Source: Harriotta raleighana
Lineage: Eukaryota
NCBI GenBank assembly: GCA_050575255.1
Contig: JBNZDD010013714.1
Span: forward strand, 8,615,851-8,679,850
Direction: 5' to 3'
DNA: 64,000 nt
In this document: positions 25,863-38,958 of the stretch, one piece after another
Numbering within the stretch: position 1 is the first letter of the stretch
Layout of the letters: the number at the start of each line of letters is the position of its first letter
Notes under the pieces: model-generated
Seen by the model: only the letters and a program-made list of their open reading frames with translations
Told to the model about the DNA's origin: nothing
Databases searched by the model: none
Translations under genes and position numbers: made by a program

Positions 25863-27449
25863 GTAAGCTTGTGTCGGTGGCTGATGGACATGCTATTTCT
25901 TCAGCACTCTGAGCCGTTTTATTCTTTCGTATCAACTTTTTTTTCTCTCCAGTTGTCTCTCCTCAAATAAAACATCATCCTATGATGCAAAGGGTTCAGC
26001 AACCTTTTCTTCCCTTGTCCAGCGGTTTTCAACCTAAATTTGGGGAGGTTATTTAATCATGGGCTACATCCTTGTTGAGGACAAAATTATCCTCCCCTTT
26101 CAAGCAAGGATCTTTGGACCAGCTACCACTGGTGGGAATTTTAACTGATTCTTATTCTTCGTTCTGGTGGTTCAGCCCAATTGTAGGATTCCCACTGTTG
26201 TTCCAGCTGTGATCAGCTGTCTCAGCAAAGACCGGCAACTGAGCCTGTTACATCTTAGTTGTAATGAAACCCAGATAAAATATACATTTGTAATGTCAAA
26301 TGTGATTGTGTCGTCTGTGTATAATGACACTCCCCTTATAATGATCTGAAATATGACAAGCGAGAGATGAATCACTTAAGATCAAGAGAACCTTCTTTCA
26401 AGGCATCACACTGGTTTAAAGTATAAGCAGCTTTACATACTGACATGGTTGAAAGAGTGTCTCATTCTTTTTTGCATAATAAATAAAAGTATTCACTAGT
26501 GCCTACATTTGCTGTGCTATTAACAAGTGTTATGACTCTTATTAAATATAAATTGGTATTTTGCATTGCGGAACAATAAATCTTCCAAATGCATTTATGT
26601 ATTTTCCCTTTTATGGAATTAACAGCAATAAAAAATAACTTATCGCTGCATTCCTCCAGATTCTAGTCACAATTTCCCTTTACTTCTGGCTCAACTCAGC
26701 AAGTAACCCCTTCTTTGGTTCCCTATCTGACCGAGGCCAATCTCTCCTTGGAGTGTCGGCACATTTGGTAACCATTGAATACATATTAGCTGTGCTTCTG
26801 CACCTTCCCATGCCTCCCAGCAAACCTCTTCTGACAGCAGTTTGCATGTTTCTTAACAAAGAAGATGCCATTGTTTTCTTTTTGGACTTTTCATCTTCCC
26901 TCAGCTCCAGATGCAAACATACAGGTTTTTTTTCTTATTCTGAAAGAACTCAGCAAGTGAATGATTTTTTCCAATCTTATTGTGCACAACTTTCTGCCGC
27001 TTTTACCCCAACATGTAATTTACATAATAATCCTTGATAATATTCCTTAACTGTGATACAGCAATTTATCATGTTTTTGAAACATTTCAATTAACTTCAC
27101 AGGATTTTACTATAAAGTAGTGACTGATCAATTGCAGGAAAAAACAGTGCAACCAATTTGGACCCAGCAACATCCCACAAACAGCTATCAAGTGAATGAC
27201 CAATTTTACTTGGGAGATTGTTGGCCAGAACAAACTGTGTTCAGGGTGACTGAACCGTGAAAGTGACTGTGGTGCTGCTTGGATCCGAAACAAGATGCTA
27301 ATTTTGATATTGTGCTCACATAGGATTACACAAAAATCACACCCATTATCACTTCCTACAAATTGTTACAAAGGTCTAGCAAGTATGACCCAGATTCCAA
27401 ATTATGGCGTAAATAGAAACCCATGTCATATAACAGCTGGTCAGATATA

Positions 27450-27660
27450 TGGAGAGAAATTCCACCTGGGTCTAGAATTATTCTGTCATGTTTCAGAGTG
27501 TCTAGAATTTGACAAATACCTAAACACAGCCTTAATTTTGAATCCAGTTCCTACTAACTTTTTTTTAGGAACTTCAGAAAACCACCTTGTACCAAATTCT
27601 GCACACTCTGAAATACTACATGTATAAATTAAATCTAAACCCAGGTGGTATTTCTCCCTC
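27450..27660. mobile_element. MITE family A, copy 2 (long ~60-bp imperfect TIRs; PIF/Harbinger-like by inference)
   Basis: Left ggagagaaattccacctgggtctagaatta...tttcagagtgtctagaatttg vs reverse complement of right agggagaaataccacctgggtttagattta...tttcagagtgtgcagaatttg; ATA on both flanks. Confidence 0.8.
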
Positions 27661-28984
27661 ATAATGCACAGTTTTATGTGTGTAATTCTATATTGGTTTG
27701 TTTTTTAAAGGCTTTTTTTGAGCTATTCCACCATATAAACCCCAAAGTAACTTTGGACTTCAGACATTTCTATAGTATATTATCCTTGACACTCCATTAT
27801 TCCATAGTTGATAAACAGATAATCTGTTTGCAACATGAGAGGAAGTGTCTTATGTGCACCAAGCTAAAGATAGCTTACCTTTGAAGCATTGCTAATTAGA
27901 AACATGAAACAACAGACTGTGGTGTCTGGTAGGTATCTGCTCTAACAAGAATATTTCATATTAGCAGACCCAGATAGAATACAAATGTACATTTTGTGGA
28001 CCCCACAATAACATTCTGTATCATCTTATAATGTCTTAATGTGTATTCACATTAATTTCACAATAACTTTCAGTCCTTGGAATTGTAAGAACAGCCACAG
28101 AAAACGTCCTCTTAAAGCTTCTGTAACTTCTAAATTCGCACTGGCAGTTTGAACATTCACACTCCATAGTAAAAATTGTAAAACATCTACTAGAAAAATA
28201 CTCAAGGACTCTCTTTTTAATTGGGTTCTTCTTAAAACAAATATTAAAATAATTTTCTTACTATCATTCTATAAAATCACCTATCGCAATAGCCCAATAA
28301 TCACATTTGCCAATGGGTTCTGATATATTCACAATAAGTAATTCTCAAGACTTCCAAAAAACATTAGGCACCTTCATAGCTTTGCTGCGACCACAAGTCC
28401 ATCCACATCACTTACATTAAGTTATACCAAATAAAAGTACAATTCTGTCACATTAATGCATTCTGATTGTCCAACTTTTAACAGGTCCATTGCGAATGTA
28501 AAACTTTGAAGTCAACAGATCACAATTTAATAAGGAAAAAAGGTAAAGATTGTTCAAGCTTAAATTTTGAATGTGTCACTGTGGATCCCGGAACTCTCCA
28601 ATGTGTACCGCTCATTCTTTCTGAATATATCAATCACTGTCACAACAGAGAGTGACAGCAGCTGCAGATATTGATCCAACCACTTATCATATTCCATTAT
28701 TTAACCAAGGAAGCATGCATGTCATTTGGCGGGCCACCTTTCAGCCTCTCTACCAATGTCCTCTATAAGTAGCCAATAGAAAATGCTCCAATTAATTTTT
28801 TTGCCTCCTCTCGTTCTCCCAGAATGTATCTGGATTCATTCAGTGATTTCCATTGATATCCTCACCTTAGACTGGAAATATGCTGGAACTGCAGCCTATA
28901 TCTGTCATTCTGTATAATAGCACACCAACATATTGTACGACTAGATCAGATTTCTATCCAGAGCCTTAGGTCTAGAATCTCTTT

Positions 28985-29305
28985 GCGGAATGTGAACTTT
29001 TTCATTCCATTTGGCCTGATTCACATCCGCCACTTTGCCCTACCTACCATTGGTGCATGGGCCTTCAGCCTGTCTACCCCCACCCCCTGGAACACACACC
29101 ACATACCCTCCATCTCGCCCCATCTTGCCTCCTTCAAGACCTGTCTCAAGATCCTCCTGTTCAACTGTGCCTTTGGTCACCCTCCTTCCCCCACCCTCCA
29201 TCCCTCCTGATCCCAACCACCAACTTGGAAGCGGATCCCTAACTATCCCGAACCTTGGGATATCCTCCTTAGGTGAAAGGTGCTATACAAATGTACATAA
29301 TTTGT
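28985..29305 (+). mobile_element. L2-type LINE 3' end (ORF2 C-terminus, 3' UTR and tail)
   Basis: TIGAWAFSLSTPTPWN...LASFKTCLKILLF resembles L2 GGRAFS..P.LWN...FKxxLKTxLF; ends tgggatatcctccttaggtgaaaggtgctatacaaatg. Confidence 0.8.
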
Positions 29306-29694
29306 TCCGTGATTTAAGTTAGTTATCCTAGAATTATTATGCCTTTTAATCTCTCACTAGTCATTTGTGCGAGTTACTCTTGTCCTTCAAATGGATTTGT
29401 CTTTTTTCAAGTCCATCGCTGACTGCTCTTATCTTACTCGTTGCTTTCTGACCAGCCATTCACAGTTGAATTTTGGTGCCAGAGACGAAACGGAAACCTG
29501 CAAATGCTGGAAAACTTTTTATTAAATGGAAAATGCTGAACAAAGAAGAAAGACAGTCAATTAGATTACTTTCTCAAGGGTCCATGATGGGTTATCTGCT
29601 GTTTGTGACATATAAATAAACTTAATTTTGTGAATTAATAATAATTTTATTATTAATTTGCAGATTTCAATGAAAAATAGCTAATAATTTTGGA

Positions 29695-29975
29695 TAATAA
29701 AAATAGCACTCTTTGCATTTGGCATAGTATCTAACATGTTAGGAGGATGTCTTAAAATGCTTCACAGGATTTACTGCAAAGTGCAGGGCCTTTTTTTTTT
29801 GCAAGTTAACCTGGCAGCTAATTTGCACACAGCAATGTCCCACATATAGCCATGAAATTAATTAATCAATTTTATTTGGGAGGAATGGATAAGTGTCTTT
29901 CATGTCGAGAGTACATCTCAAAGCACTTCACAGGATATACTTAATGTGTCATGGCTGTGTTTTTGTAGGCCGATG
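29695..29975 (-). mobile_element. Two adjacent SINE 3' fragments
   Basis: ctttgcatttggcatag...gcagctaatttgcacacagcaatgtcccac, then catctcaaagcacttcacaggatatac. Confidence 0.7.
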
Positions 29976-30844
29976 ACACCAAGTTTGGGAGGAATTATTT
30001 TTAATAAGTAAAGTTTTGTTTCCAGAGCATAAGAACTTAAAATATAAAGGCCTTAACTATTCAGAACACAGATAGATGTTACTTGTCTTTGATGGTTAGC
30101 ACTAACAGCCGGTGTCTGCCTGCGACATCCAGACAGAGAGATGCATCAAGCTCTTTCATGCAAGCCATATGTAAATCAATCATAAAATAAATGCACAAAT
30201 TGGATATCAAATTAAAATAAATGGGCTTTTCAGACATTAATCAGTAAATACATTGCAAATCTATCCACATTCAGTAGTCACAGACAAAAATAAGTACTTC
30301 AAGAAAAATGCAAATGGTTTATGACTAAATAGAAACCTTTGTAGTTAATGATAGATTTGATTATATCTCACTGATCAGAAGTGCTCCACTAGCTTAAAAA
30401 AAGTATAATAAAAAGTTTGAAGAAGAAGCTGAATAGCATTTTGATTTTAAACCGTATCAGTAAATCTGGTTGTTCTGCCTTTTAATTGTTATCTGCTTCC
30501 ACTCTGGCCTACAGCACATGAAAGCAAAAAATGAATCATCAAATTACATTATCCAGCACGTTTCTTCTTTTCTATCACAAATTCTTCGCCAAGTATTCAA
30601 TCACCTATTGGAAAGTTATTAAAAGTTTTTTTTTTTAAAACAATTGACAAAAACTCAACCAAAGTCATCTCAAGTTATTCAACTTTGCCAGTCCCTTTGA
30701 AGGTTTGAAGATTCAAGCATCACACTTCCAGGAAGTATTTATTTTTTCTTTCTACAGTATGCCATTCTTATATTCTGGAACACCATCCCTAAGCAGCTAC
30801 TTTTTTTTAACGGAAATAATCAACACAATGCCTATGGATTTACT

Positions 30845-30869
30845 GAACGATTACTGGCAGTAATCGTTC
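30845..30869. repeat. Perfect 25-bp interrupted palindrome
   Basis: GAACGATTACTG-G-CAGTAATCGTTC. Confidence 0.9.
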
Positions 30870-30883
30870 CTGGGGAAATGGGA

Positions 30884-31039
30884 GGGAGAGATTTTCGCAA
30901 TTCACATTAAAATTCACTTGCTATTCCTCAATCCATTCATATAATTAGTCCAGATTCATTTTACTGCTGTCAATCTAATTTAGATTATAAATTTAGGGTC
31001 ATCAGCAAATGGTTTTGCTTTTACTGGAAATTCTCTCCC
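30884..31039. mobile_element. Putative MITE with 13-bp TIRs
   Basis: gggagagattttc ... gaaattctctccc (12/13 complementary); termini similar to family A. Confidence 0.55.
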
Positions 31040-31045
31040 ACATCT

Positions 31046-31155
31046 ATAATAATAATGAATATAATCTTTGCATTTGATATAGCGCCTTGTCACTTTGTCG
31101 AAATATCTCAAGGCACTTCACAGGATTTACTGTAAAGTGTTCTGACTGTGTATTT
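31046..31155 (-). mobile_element. SINE 3' tail
   Basis: ataatctttgcatttgatatagcgccttgtcac...cacttcacaggatttactgtaaagtg. Confidence 0.8.
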
Positions 31156-31552
31156 ATATATAATTTATGGATGTATTTCAGATAATTAATTTATGAAGAG
31201 TTTGAACAGAAGGAGACTGGAAACAGACCCCTACAAACTCCACTGGTCACCATCCAATCAACAGACCTTTTTCTATTTATCATCATCTCGTGATTTCTGC
31301 TGCCAACCATTCTTTCAATTTAACTTTTATTGAGTTGAATGGACCAGTGAGAGTGCAGTTTCTCTTCCTTTCCGCCTTTTAATTGACTTCTACTTTCTCT
31401 TGACAACTGTTTTGAAGAGCAGAACAGCAATATCATTATCCGCAGACTTACAAGTCCAAGTTCTCTTTGTGCACTTAACTAACCAAAATACACACTGATT
31501 CCTTGTACAGCTTTTCCCTATCTGTTCAATGTCTCTATGCCCTGCATTGAAA

Positions 31553-31763
31553 AGTTCAATTGCCGACAGGTCAGGGTGAAACCTTGGGAAAGTTTCCTTA
31601 TTCCACACACCTGACAATAATCGCTCAAGAAAACAATAACAATTTGGTCACTCAATCCATGACTGTTTGTGGGACTCTGTAGTGCGCAATTGGCTGTCCC
31701 GTTTAATTGACATTGCAGTATATTCTGTGAAGTGTTTTGAGATGTCTAGAAGACGTGAAAAGT
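31553..31763 (+). mobile_element. Short-form SINE, truncated at both ends
   Basis: B-box remnant agttcaattgc, gaaaccttgggaaagtttccttattccacac, then 3' domain tccatgactgtttgtggga...gacgtgaaaag. Confidence 0.8.
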
Positions 31764-32068
31764 GGAATCCTGTAGCTCAGTGGTTAGAGCACTCTCCTTG
31801 CAAGCAAGAGACCTGGGTTCAATTCCAGGCAGAGTAAAATCTTGGGCCAGTTTCCTTACTTCACATGCCTAATAATAATCCTTTAAATAAATAATAAATT
31901 GGTTATTTCAATCCACGACTGTTTGTGAGACACTGCTGTTCGCAATTGGCTGCTGTGTTTTGCCCACAAATACACAATCAATTCACTTTCTAGTATATTC
32001 TGTGAAGCGCTTTAAGACATTTAGAAGATGTAAAAAATGCTATATCAAATACAAGGATTATTATTATT
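31764..32068 (+). mobile_element. tRNA(Ala-like)-derived SINE, ~305-bp short form with Pol III promoter
   Basis: A box tagctcagtgg (31773-31783), TGC-centred loop, B box ggttcaattcc (31816-31826), 3' domain and (tta)n tail. Confidence 0.9.
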
Positions 32069-34529
32069 GTTACAGGAAAATACCGTACATTCTCATGGGG
32101 GTAGCTGACTGTTAGTTACTGATGCACATTCTCCTATTAAAAATAATGACCATGTCCAGAGATGGTAAGAAACTAGTAGTCTTAGGTTGCTTTTACCTGT
32201 TTATTGTGTATTATTATTCATAAGTCATCTGATAGTAATTAATTAAAGGTTTGCCAAGTAGTACCTTATCGTGAATAGAGATAGTGGAGTAGTTTGTGAT
32301 GTATTTACTTCCAAAAATAATTTTCCTATTGCTGGATGTTTCACTTTCCATGTAAAATGCAAAGTTACTCTCTTCTTCTCACACACATACACACACATCC
32401 AGGTTGTGATATTTCTGGTATATACATCAGGATGGAGTGCGTCCTGATGGGGTACAGTGTTACTCTGTTCTAGCTAAATGCTCAATGATTTCAATTGGCT
32501 TCCTCACAAGCACACTTGTATAGCCACAACAGTAATCAACAAATAGATGTTTTCTCCCCCTTCTGAGTCTTCAAAACTAATTCAGATTCCAAACTGACCC
32601 ATTTATGGTGTATATCAACAATGTTATATCCACATGCCAGCTTTTTCTCCAGGGAATTCGATGCAACGAGAGTATTGCATGTTGCATCTTTCAAAATACT
32701 AATTAATGTAGGCCAATAGAAGGTGAGCAGAATGGAGAACGTACCATAAGGGACTAAGTTTATCTCGTTTTTCGACAAATATCATTAAATTGTGTGTGTT
32801 TGTTCCAGAGCTCCAGTGGCTGATCTTGATACAGCAACATCTGCTGCTTACCTGTGTTCTTTCTCCTGTGCTACAGAATGTACATTGTGTAGGCTACTGT
32901 GTGATTTGAACAATTCTTTAAAGGAACAGCTCTTGGGCCATCTCTCAGAACATACTGTGGTTGTAGCTAACTGAGAGTGCTCAGTTTCAATTGTTGGAGG
33001 TCTGTGGCTTGCTCAACATCTGCAAAAGCATCTTTAGTGAATAACTGATAGTGTTTTAGCTTTCCTCACCAGCCAGCTATCATCCTAGGGTGACATTATT
33101 TCTTCTGGACAGATTTAACTCAGTTCTCTCCAACTATAATTTATACACAATTCTTAGGACAGGAGAAGAAAAAATATTACAGCAACCCAGATGACTGAGA
33201 CAAGTGAACACAGAATACTCTGTGGCCACAGGAATATAAAACAGCCAGCAAACTTTCCCACTGATTAAATGGATGGAAGAACAAGTAATATAATAAAAGT
33301 AAATACTTGGTGTCTAGAATATAGCAGCTCTTGTAAGAATGTTAAATGAAGAGTAGCTCAGCAGTTCAGGCAGTTGAAGACTTGGTTCTTACCTGGAAGG
33401 TTACCAATGGGAATCCCAGGGCTACCTATTGCTTGAACTCAATTTCCTTTCCTGGGTGAGGTTCAGCAGTTCTTAAGTGTGCTGCCAACATTGTGTGGTA
33501 GTGAGGTCTGTCAGTAGGAGTAAAATGACTGAAGCCAAATCATCCCCCATTGAATCATATTTCCATCGACTAACAGTGAAATATGAATCATGTTGTGAAT
33601 ATACTTGAAGCTTAATCCATTCAGGCGTCCTGACCAAAACAAACCATTAAAACAATTTTAGCCAATGTGAAAATAATCGTTGAATATCATATAATTATTG
33701 AATACACTATTTTTTTTCTATCTGCTACTGTATAAGGAACAGAGACCTGGAATTTGGTTTGTTTCACTTTTTTTGTAAGTTATTAATAAATGCTCATTCG
33801 ATTTTACTACCAGCAGGCGTAATGCTGGTTTAATTTCAAGGGTGTTGCAGTAGCTGAACAAGTCAGGTGCCCTGGTGATCTGCAGTGGGTTATCTATCTG
33901 AAGGGTCCCATTCCCTGATGGAGCAGAGAGGCTATCCATCTGTGGCATTTGTTGCCTTGGTGATGTAGAAGCTATGCCTTCATTTTGCTGGTGGTCTAGA
34001 GTGGATAAACTGTCTGAGATGTCCATATTCTTGACAGTCTCAGAAAGGTATCGGTACCAAACCTTTGCTCCGTAAACATGGATTGTTCTCTGAAAATCTT
34101 AATGCACTCATCATCCCTGCCCACACCCACCCCTCGCCCCCCCACCCCGCTATTTGTTCAAATTTACATCCTATTCGTGCTGTGGAAAAAAAATTGGGAA
34201 TTTATTTATTTATACTTCGAAAGATCTGCAAGGAAATTGTGCTAGAGGTTGTCTCGCGAGCTCACCTTCAGGAAATGGTTTAACCAGGAGATTCATAAGG
34301 GTCGCTGCAGTGTAAATTCAATTGGTGCAAAATGATTTGGACTTTGTTCCAGAAATGGCTCCAACAATGCTTTGCGAGTCTATTCAGCTACCTGACGCTC
34401 GTTAGTCCTAATGATGAATTAGTTTTTTGGGGGCCAAAAATATAAATTTTCTTTCCAGCTACTGATCTCTCACTACTGGACACAATTATACTTTTACTGT
34501 CAACAGCAAAAATATGGCACTGGATCCGG

Positions 34530-34708
34530 ATTCAAAATTTCGGGATCATTCACTTCACAGCTATTTCTTGGAACATCATTGTATGCAAACTATCTGCTGT
34601 GTTTGCTTACAAATACGTAGTCACTACACTTCACAGTATATCTTTTGTGAAGCATTTAAGACTTCGGCCACGTGATAAGGCGCTATATCAGATGCAAGGA
34701 TTATTATT
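34530..34708 (+). mobile_element. SINE 3' fragment
   Basis: tctgctgtgtttgcttacaaatac...gtgataaggcgctatatcagatgcaaggattattatt. Confidence 0.8.
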
Positions 34709-37700
34709 GTAACATAAATGAGAAATCTCATCCCAGACATGAATTAGTTCATATCCCTTAATATTCCCACTCCAATTTAAAGAATTGGAGACTTTGAGAA
34801 ACATAACGGAAGCAACCTACCAGCAGCAGGTCAGGTTGTAATTATTTTGTTCACCAACGAAGCAGTCATCTGCAAATTTACAGCTTTTTTGTGCCTTAAA
34901 TTTACCACTTGGTCAAATCATCCAGTGGAATGTTAGATGCAATCGTGCAAATGGAACAGTTTAACAACAGGATATTAAGCATTTGAACTCTGAATCTGAA
35001 GCTAATTTTTTGTCGGTGGTAACCAAATTCAAATGGCATGAAAGACCCCCACCTTGGGAGTTGGACCACATTTCAGGATCTGTCTTGATAAAAGAATTAA
35101 TTAAAAGAAAAGAAGCCATCAATTATTTACTCGAAATGCACCCAATCCACACAATAGAAGCACTGAAATTGGGCCAAGAACACCCGTAAAAAATAAGCAG
35201 TATCCAAAGCATATGCACAGTGGGAGGTGCCCGTGAATTTATTAATAATATTAACAATAATAATAATGAGCCCTGCATCAATTGGTCCCCATCAGGAAGT
35301 CACATAACACCAGCCCTGGATGGTATAGAGAAGCAATGATTCTCTATAAGGTACAGAAAATTTCTTCTCTTTTCTTATATACAAATATCAATGCTTGCAT
35401 CTGATACAGCACCTTTCACTTCAGGAGGACATATAAAAGCACTTCATGAGATATATATATGCGAGATATGGCGAACAATTTTTCTTACGAAAAAGAGGTC
35501 TAAAATCATACTTCAAATGTGAATTCACTGTATGCTTATAAACTAAAGAATAGCATTTTACAGCAGACAAGTACATTTTATAATAGATCCTTGGTGGCAC
35601 TTTTGATTGAGTACCACTGATAGCAAATTGAATCATCCTGATCAGACCTATTGAGGAAAATCTGAGCTCATTGCTCGCACTTGAACATTATTGTTTAAAG
35701 TGTTGCAATATAAAATGTCATCAGCTAATGATTATGCATTTTCAGTAATAGTCATCCACGGCTAATTGTAGATTTACAACCAAGCTCATCACTGATGATG
35801 TGCTTTATAAAATGGCTGTTAGCTGCAGTTAGAAAATGTAGCTTATTTATTAAATTAAGTCTTGTTTTGAATGAAAATGATGAAACCCGTAAAATGTTAC
35901 TACAGTGTATTGTTCTTTTACATTCGAACAAGTGTAATAAATATTACTAGGGATGGTTTGATAAATTCATCTTCTCATCGCTTGTATTTGTATTTGTGCA
36001 TCTCATTGTAGCATTGTGCACAATCTCAGTTTGTATCATTAAAATCTAAGCACATTCTTAACCCAATCTTCAGTATATGGCTAGCCCATATAGCACAAAT
36101 GTGTCGTTTTAATAAGAAAGCATACAGCCTTTAATACAGATCCTATTAGATTTAATGAAATAGTCCCCTTAATATGAGTACCCCCCACCAAACCATTTGC
36201 AAGTCTTGTGCCTACAAGGCAACCCGCTTGAAATTTATGACTTGGAAGTTTGACCTTAGAAGGTTATTTGTTTAAGACAAAGTGATAAAGATCCATTACA
36301 AGAATGTGAAATTATGACACCAACAAACCGACAATGATATTACAAGAAAATAAGACACAAATTCATTCAAAAGGTATAATCAAATATTCAGAAAGCCTGG
36401 CACACTCATTACTTATTCATGATAATAAAACTATATTAAGAAAACTAAACAGCATTAGTGCTCAATCACTCACAAAATAAATGAGTTTCTGCATTTATCA
36501 CTACACAGTCATCAAGCACTAACGTCAACATTAAGGAGTCACTTCAGAGGTAATTAAACAACTACGGATATATTTTCACCAATTTAAAGGCAATGGAATC
36601 GATAGTTACATTTTTAAACTGCATTTTATGTGAAAAGAATAAGTAAATAATGATATTACCAGATAGCAGTGATTGGAAAATAACTTCCCAACTGGTTGTT
36701 TGACTTTTTGGATTGTAGTGTACTTCATCTCCTTCCTGCGTCATAACCATAGTAAAGGTAATTGGCAAAATTTAATTTAACTAGTATTATTATTGGTTAC
36801 TACCATAGCCATGGGCTTCCAGTGTGATGTAGCTCATTTTTAAAAATTCTGTGACAGTAAGATGGGAGAACTTATATTCTGAAAGGATAAAATGGATCAA
36901 ATTTTTTTTACATCCAAACATTTCCCGTGACCACTTCTGAATTTTCCTTTCTACAGACCTTGTTTGGGATAGAACAATATCTCTTTAATTTTAGTATCCA
37001 TAGAGCCATTGTTGCAATTATTTATGTTCCTTCTAAGAGGAGCAATTGATCACTGACTGGAGCAAGATTGTGAAACTACATAACAACAACAACAACTTAC
37101 ATTTATATAGCTCCTCTCCCACAGGGTAGCATCTCAAAGCACTTGAATGAAATGAAACTGATGATGATCTGAGACACTCAAGCAGGTTCTGACGTTTGTG
37201 TCTCTTTTCTCTGATGGTATGGAAACCAGCAGAGTGAAAACCTTAACTGCATTATTTGTATTTTTATTACTTTTTTCATTACTTCAAAAACGCATGTAGG
37301 ATCTTATAAAGCTATCTGTTAAGATCTGTTGGAATTGATGCTTCAATTATAATAAAGCAGTCTAAGATAGTAAATTGTAACTTTGATTTAATGAAAGAAA
37401 GTACATGAAACCTGAATTCTGTAAATGTAGCATAAATTATCAGCATGGATGATGTAGGGGAAATGCTTTAAAGATAATTGGACTGGCATTCCTTAGATTG
37501 TAAAGAAACGGATGTAAAGCCCATTTAAAGAACCTTCAGAGGTCATGTTAATAACCTGCATGCTTCACTGTGCAATGCTGGACGTGTTCCTCTTTAATGC
37601 ACCTAACAAGGTAACTTGCTGTTTGTGCTAAGAATTTCTATGGTGGTTATTGCTAGGAATAATAGCAAAAGAAATGAAAAACTCATCAGGTCAATCTCCC

Positions 37701-38021
37701 AGTATTCTATCACCATTTAGGTGCTTCGATACTGTCATTCAATTAATAACAGAGGAACATGGACTTCCTGCCCTCCCACCTCCCCTCTCCCTTTACATTT
37801 TACAAGATAGATTACTGTTAATCATGATAAAAATAGGATTTTTATTATTGGCAGTATGCTGGTGTGAAACAATTATGCATTCATTATTTTCCATAATTTT
37901 CCATAATTAAATACAGTAAACAGAGACACAAACATTGCGGGTATGTGTAATTTATTTCAGCCTTAAATTAACTGTATTTGGGAATTCAGGACTTTAATAG
38001 ACTTATGCCCATTCATTAGGC

Positions 38022-38249
38022 CAGTGACCAACCTGTGTCCCATGGGAGCCATCGATAAGGCCTACCCCCTCATCTCCCCCACCCCTCACACCCCCAAATA
38101 TTCACACAAGTCTAGGTAGGTCCATGCCTAAATGTGTTTTCAGTTTTTTCCTGATTGAATATTTATTGATGAATGGCATCAATCAAGAAATAAATATTCA
38201 ATCAAGAAAATGTATTTTGTTGACCAACCATAAAGGTTGGCCACCACTG
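38022..38249. mobile_element. Non-autonomous hAT-type MITE (228 bp) with 8-bp TSD
   Basis: TSD CATTAGGC at 38014-38021 and 38250-38257; ends CAGTGACCAACCT ... AGGTTGGCCACCACTG. Confidence 0.8.
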
Positions 38250-38891
38250 CATTAGGCAATCAGATTTCTAATCTATCCAATAATTCCTATTGAAACCCTT
38301 CATACTTATAATGCTCAAAAGGCATACCACTAGAGAATATATTTGTTATTCCAAGTTAATTTCTGTTTAGAATGTAGTTTCACCTGCAGGTTTGTCTCCC
38401 TTTGGAGTAAATGTACTGAGCAAGGATTTACCAAGCTCTCGTATGAATAAAATCTGAAAATCAAATGAAACCTAAATCACTTTGGGAGGGACTTTCCTCC
38501 TGTGGGTTATTATAGCCATTAAGAAGGAAATCACCTGTTAAATCAGCCTGATTGGAGACCCAGGAATAAGTCGCAATTTTGCTCTGTAAAAACCCTGTGC
38601 TGCTGGAGGTTTGTAAAATTTCAAGTAACCTATCAGGAAGAGGCATTGCAAAGTATTTAATGGACTCATAATGAGCAGCGAACAAGGGCATCAGTGCATT
38701 TAATAAAGTAAATGTGTCCAGACGGGAGGATATTAGTGTGGGAATGGTTATTTGGCAGACATAAAGTTACACGTCATTGAGGTATGTACATTCAGTGATC
38801 CATGTCATTTGTCAGAACTCCTGCAAGATCCAGAAGATACCAACTCGTACACAAGTTCCAAATGGTACATTTCTTATTGTAAAACTCTGTT

Positions 38892-38958
38892 AGGCGCCTT
38901 GGGACATCCTCCCTACATAAAATGCACTCTATAAATGTAATTTTTGTTGTTGTTGTTG
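38892..38958 (+). mobile_element. Tail-only L2/SINE retroposon (~65 bp)
   Basis: gcgccttgggacatcctccctacataaaatgcactctataaatgtaatttttgttgttgttgttg. Confidence 0.75.

Noticed and set aside
26680-26940. Minus-strand exon candidate (HLELREDEKSKKKTMASS...)
   Set aside because: The nearest acceptor puts a stop in every frame unless the T8 run is mis-called; weak donor; peptide not recognised.
31764-31835. tRNA-Ala gene
   Set aside because: No proper acceptor stem, and it continues directly into a SINE body and tail; it is a SINE head.
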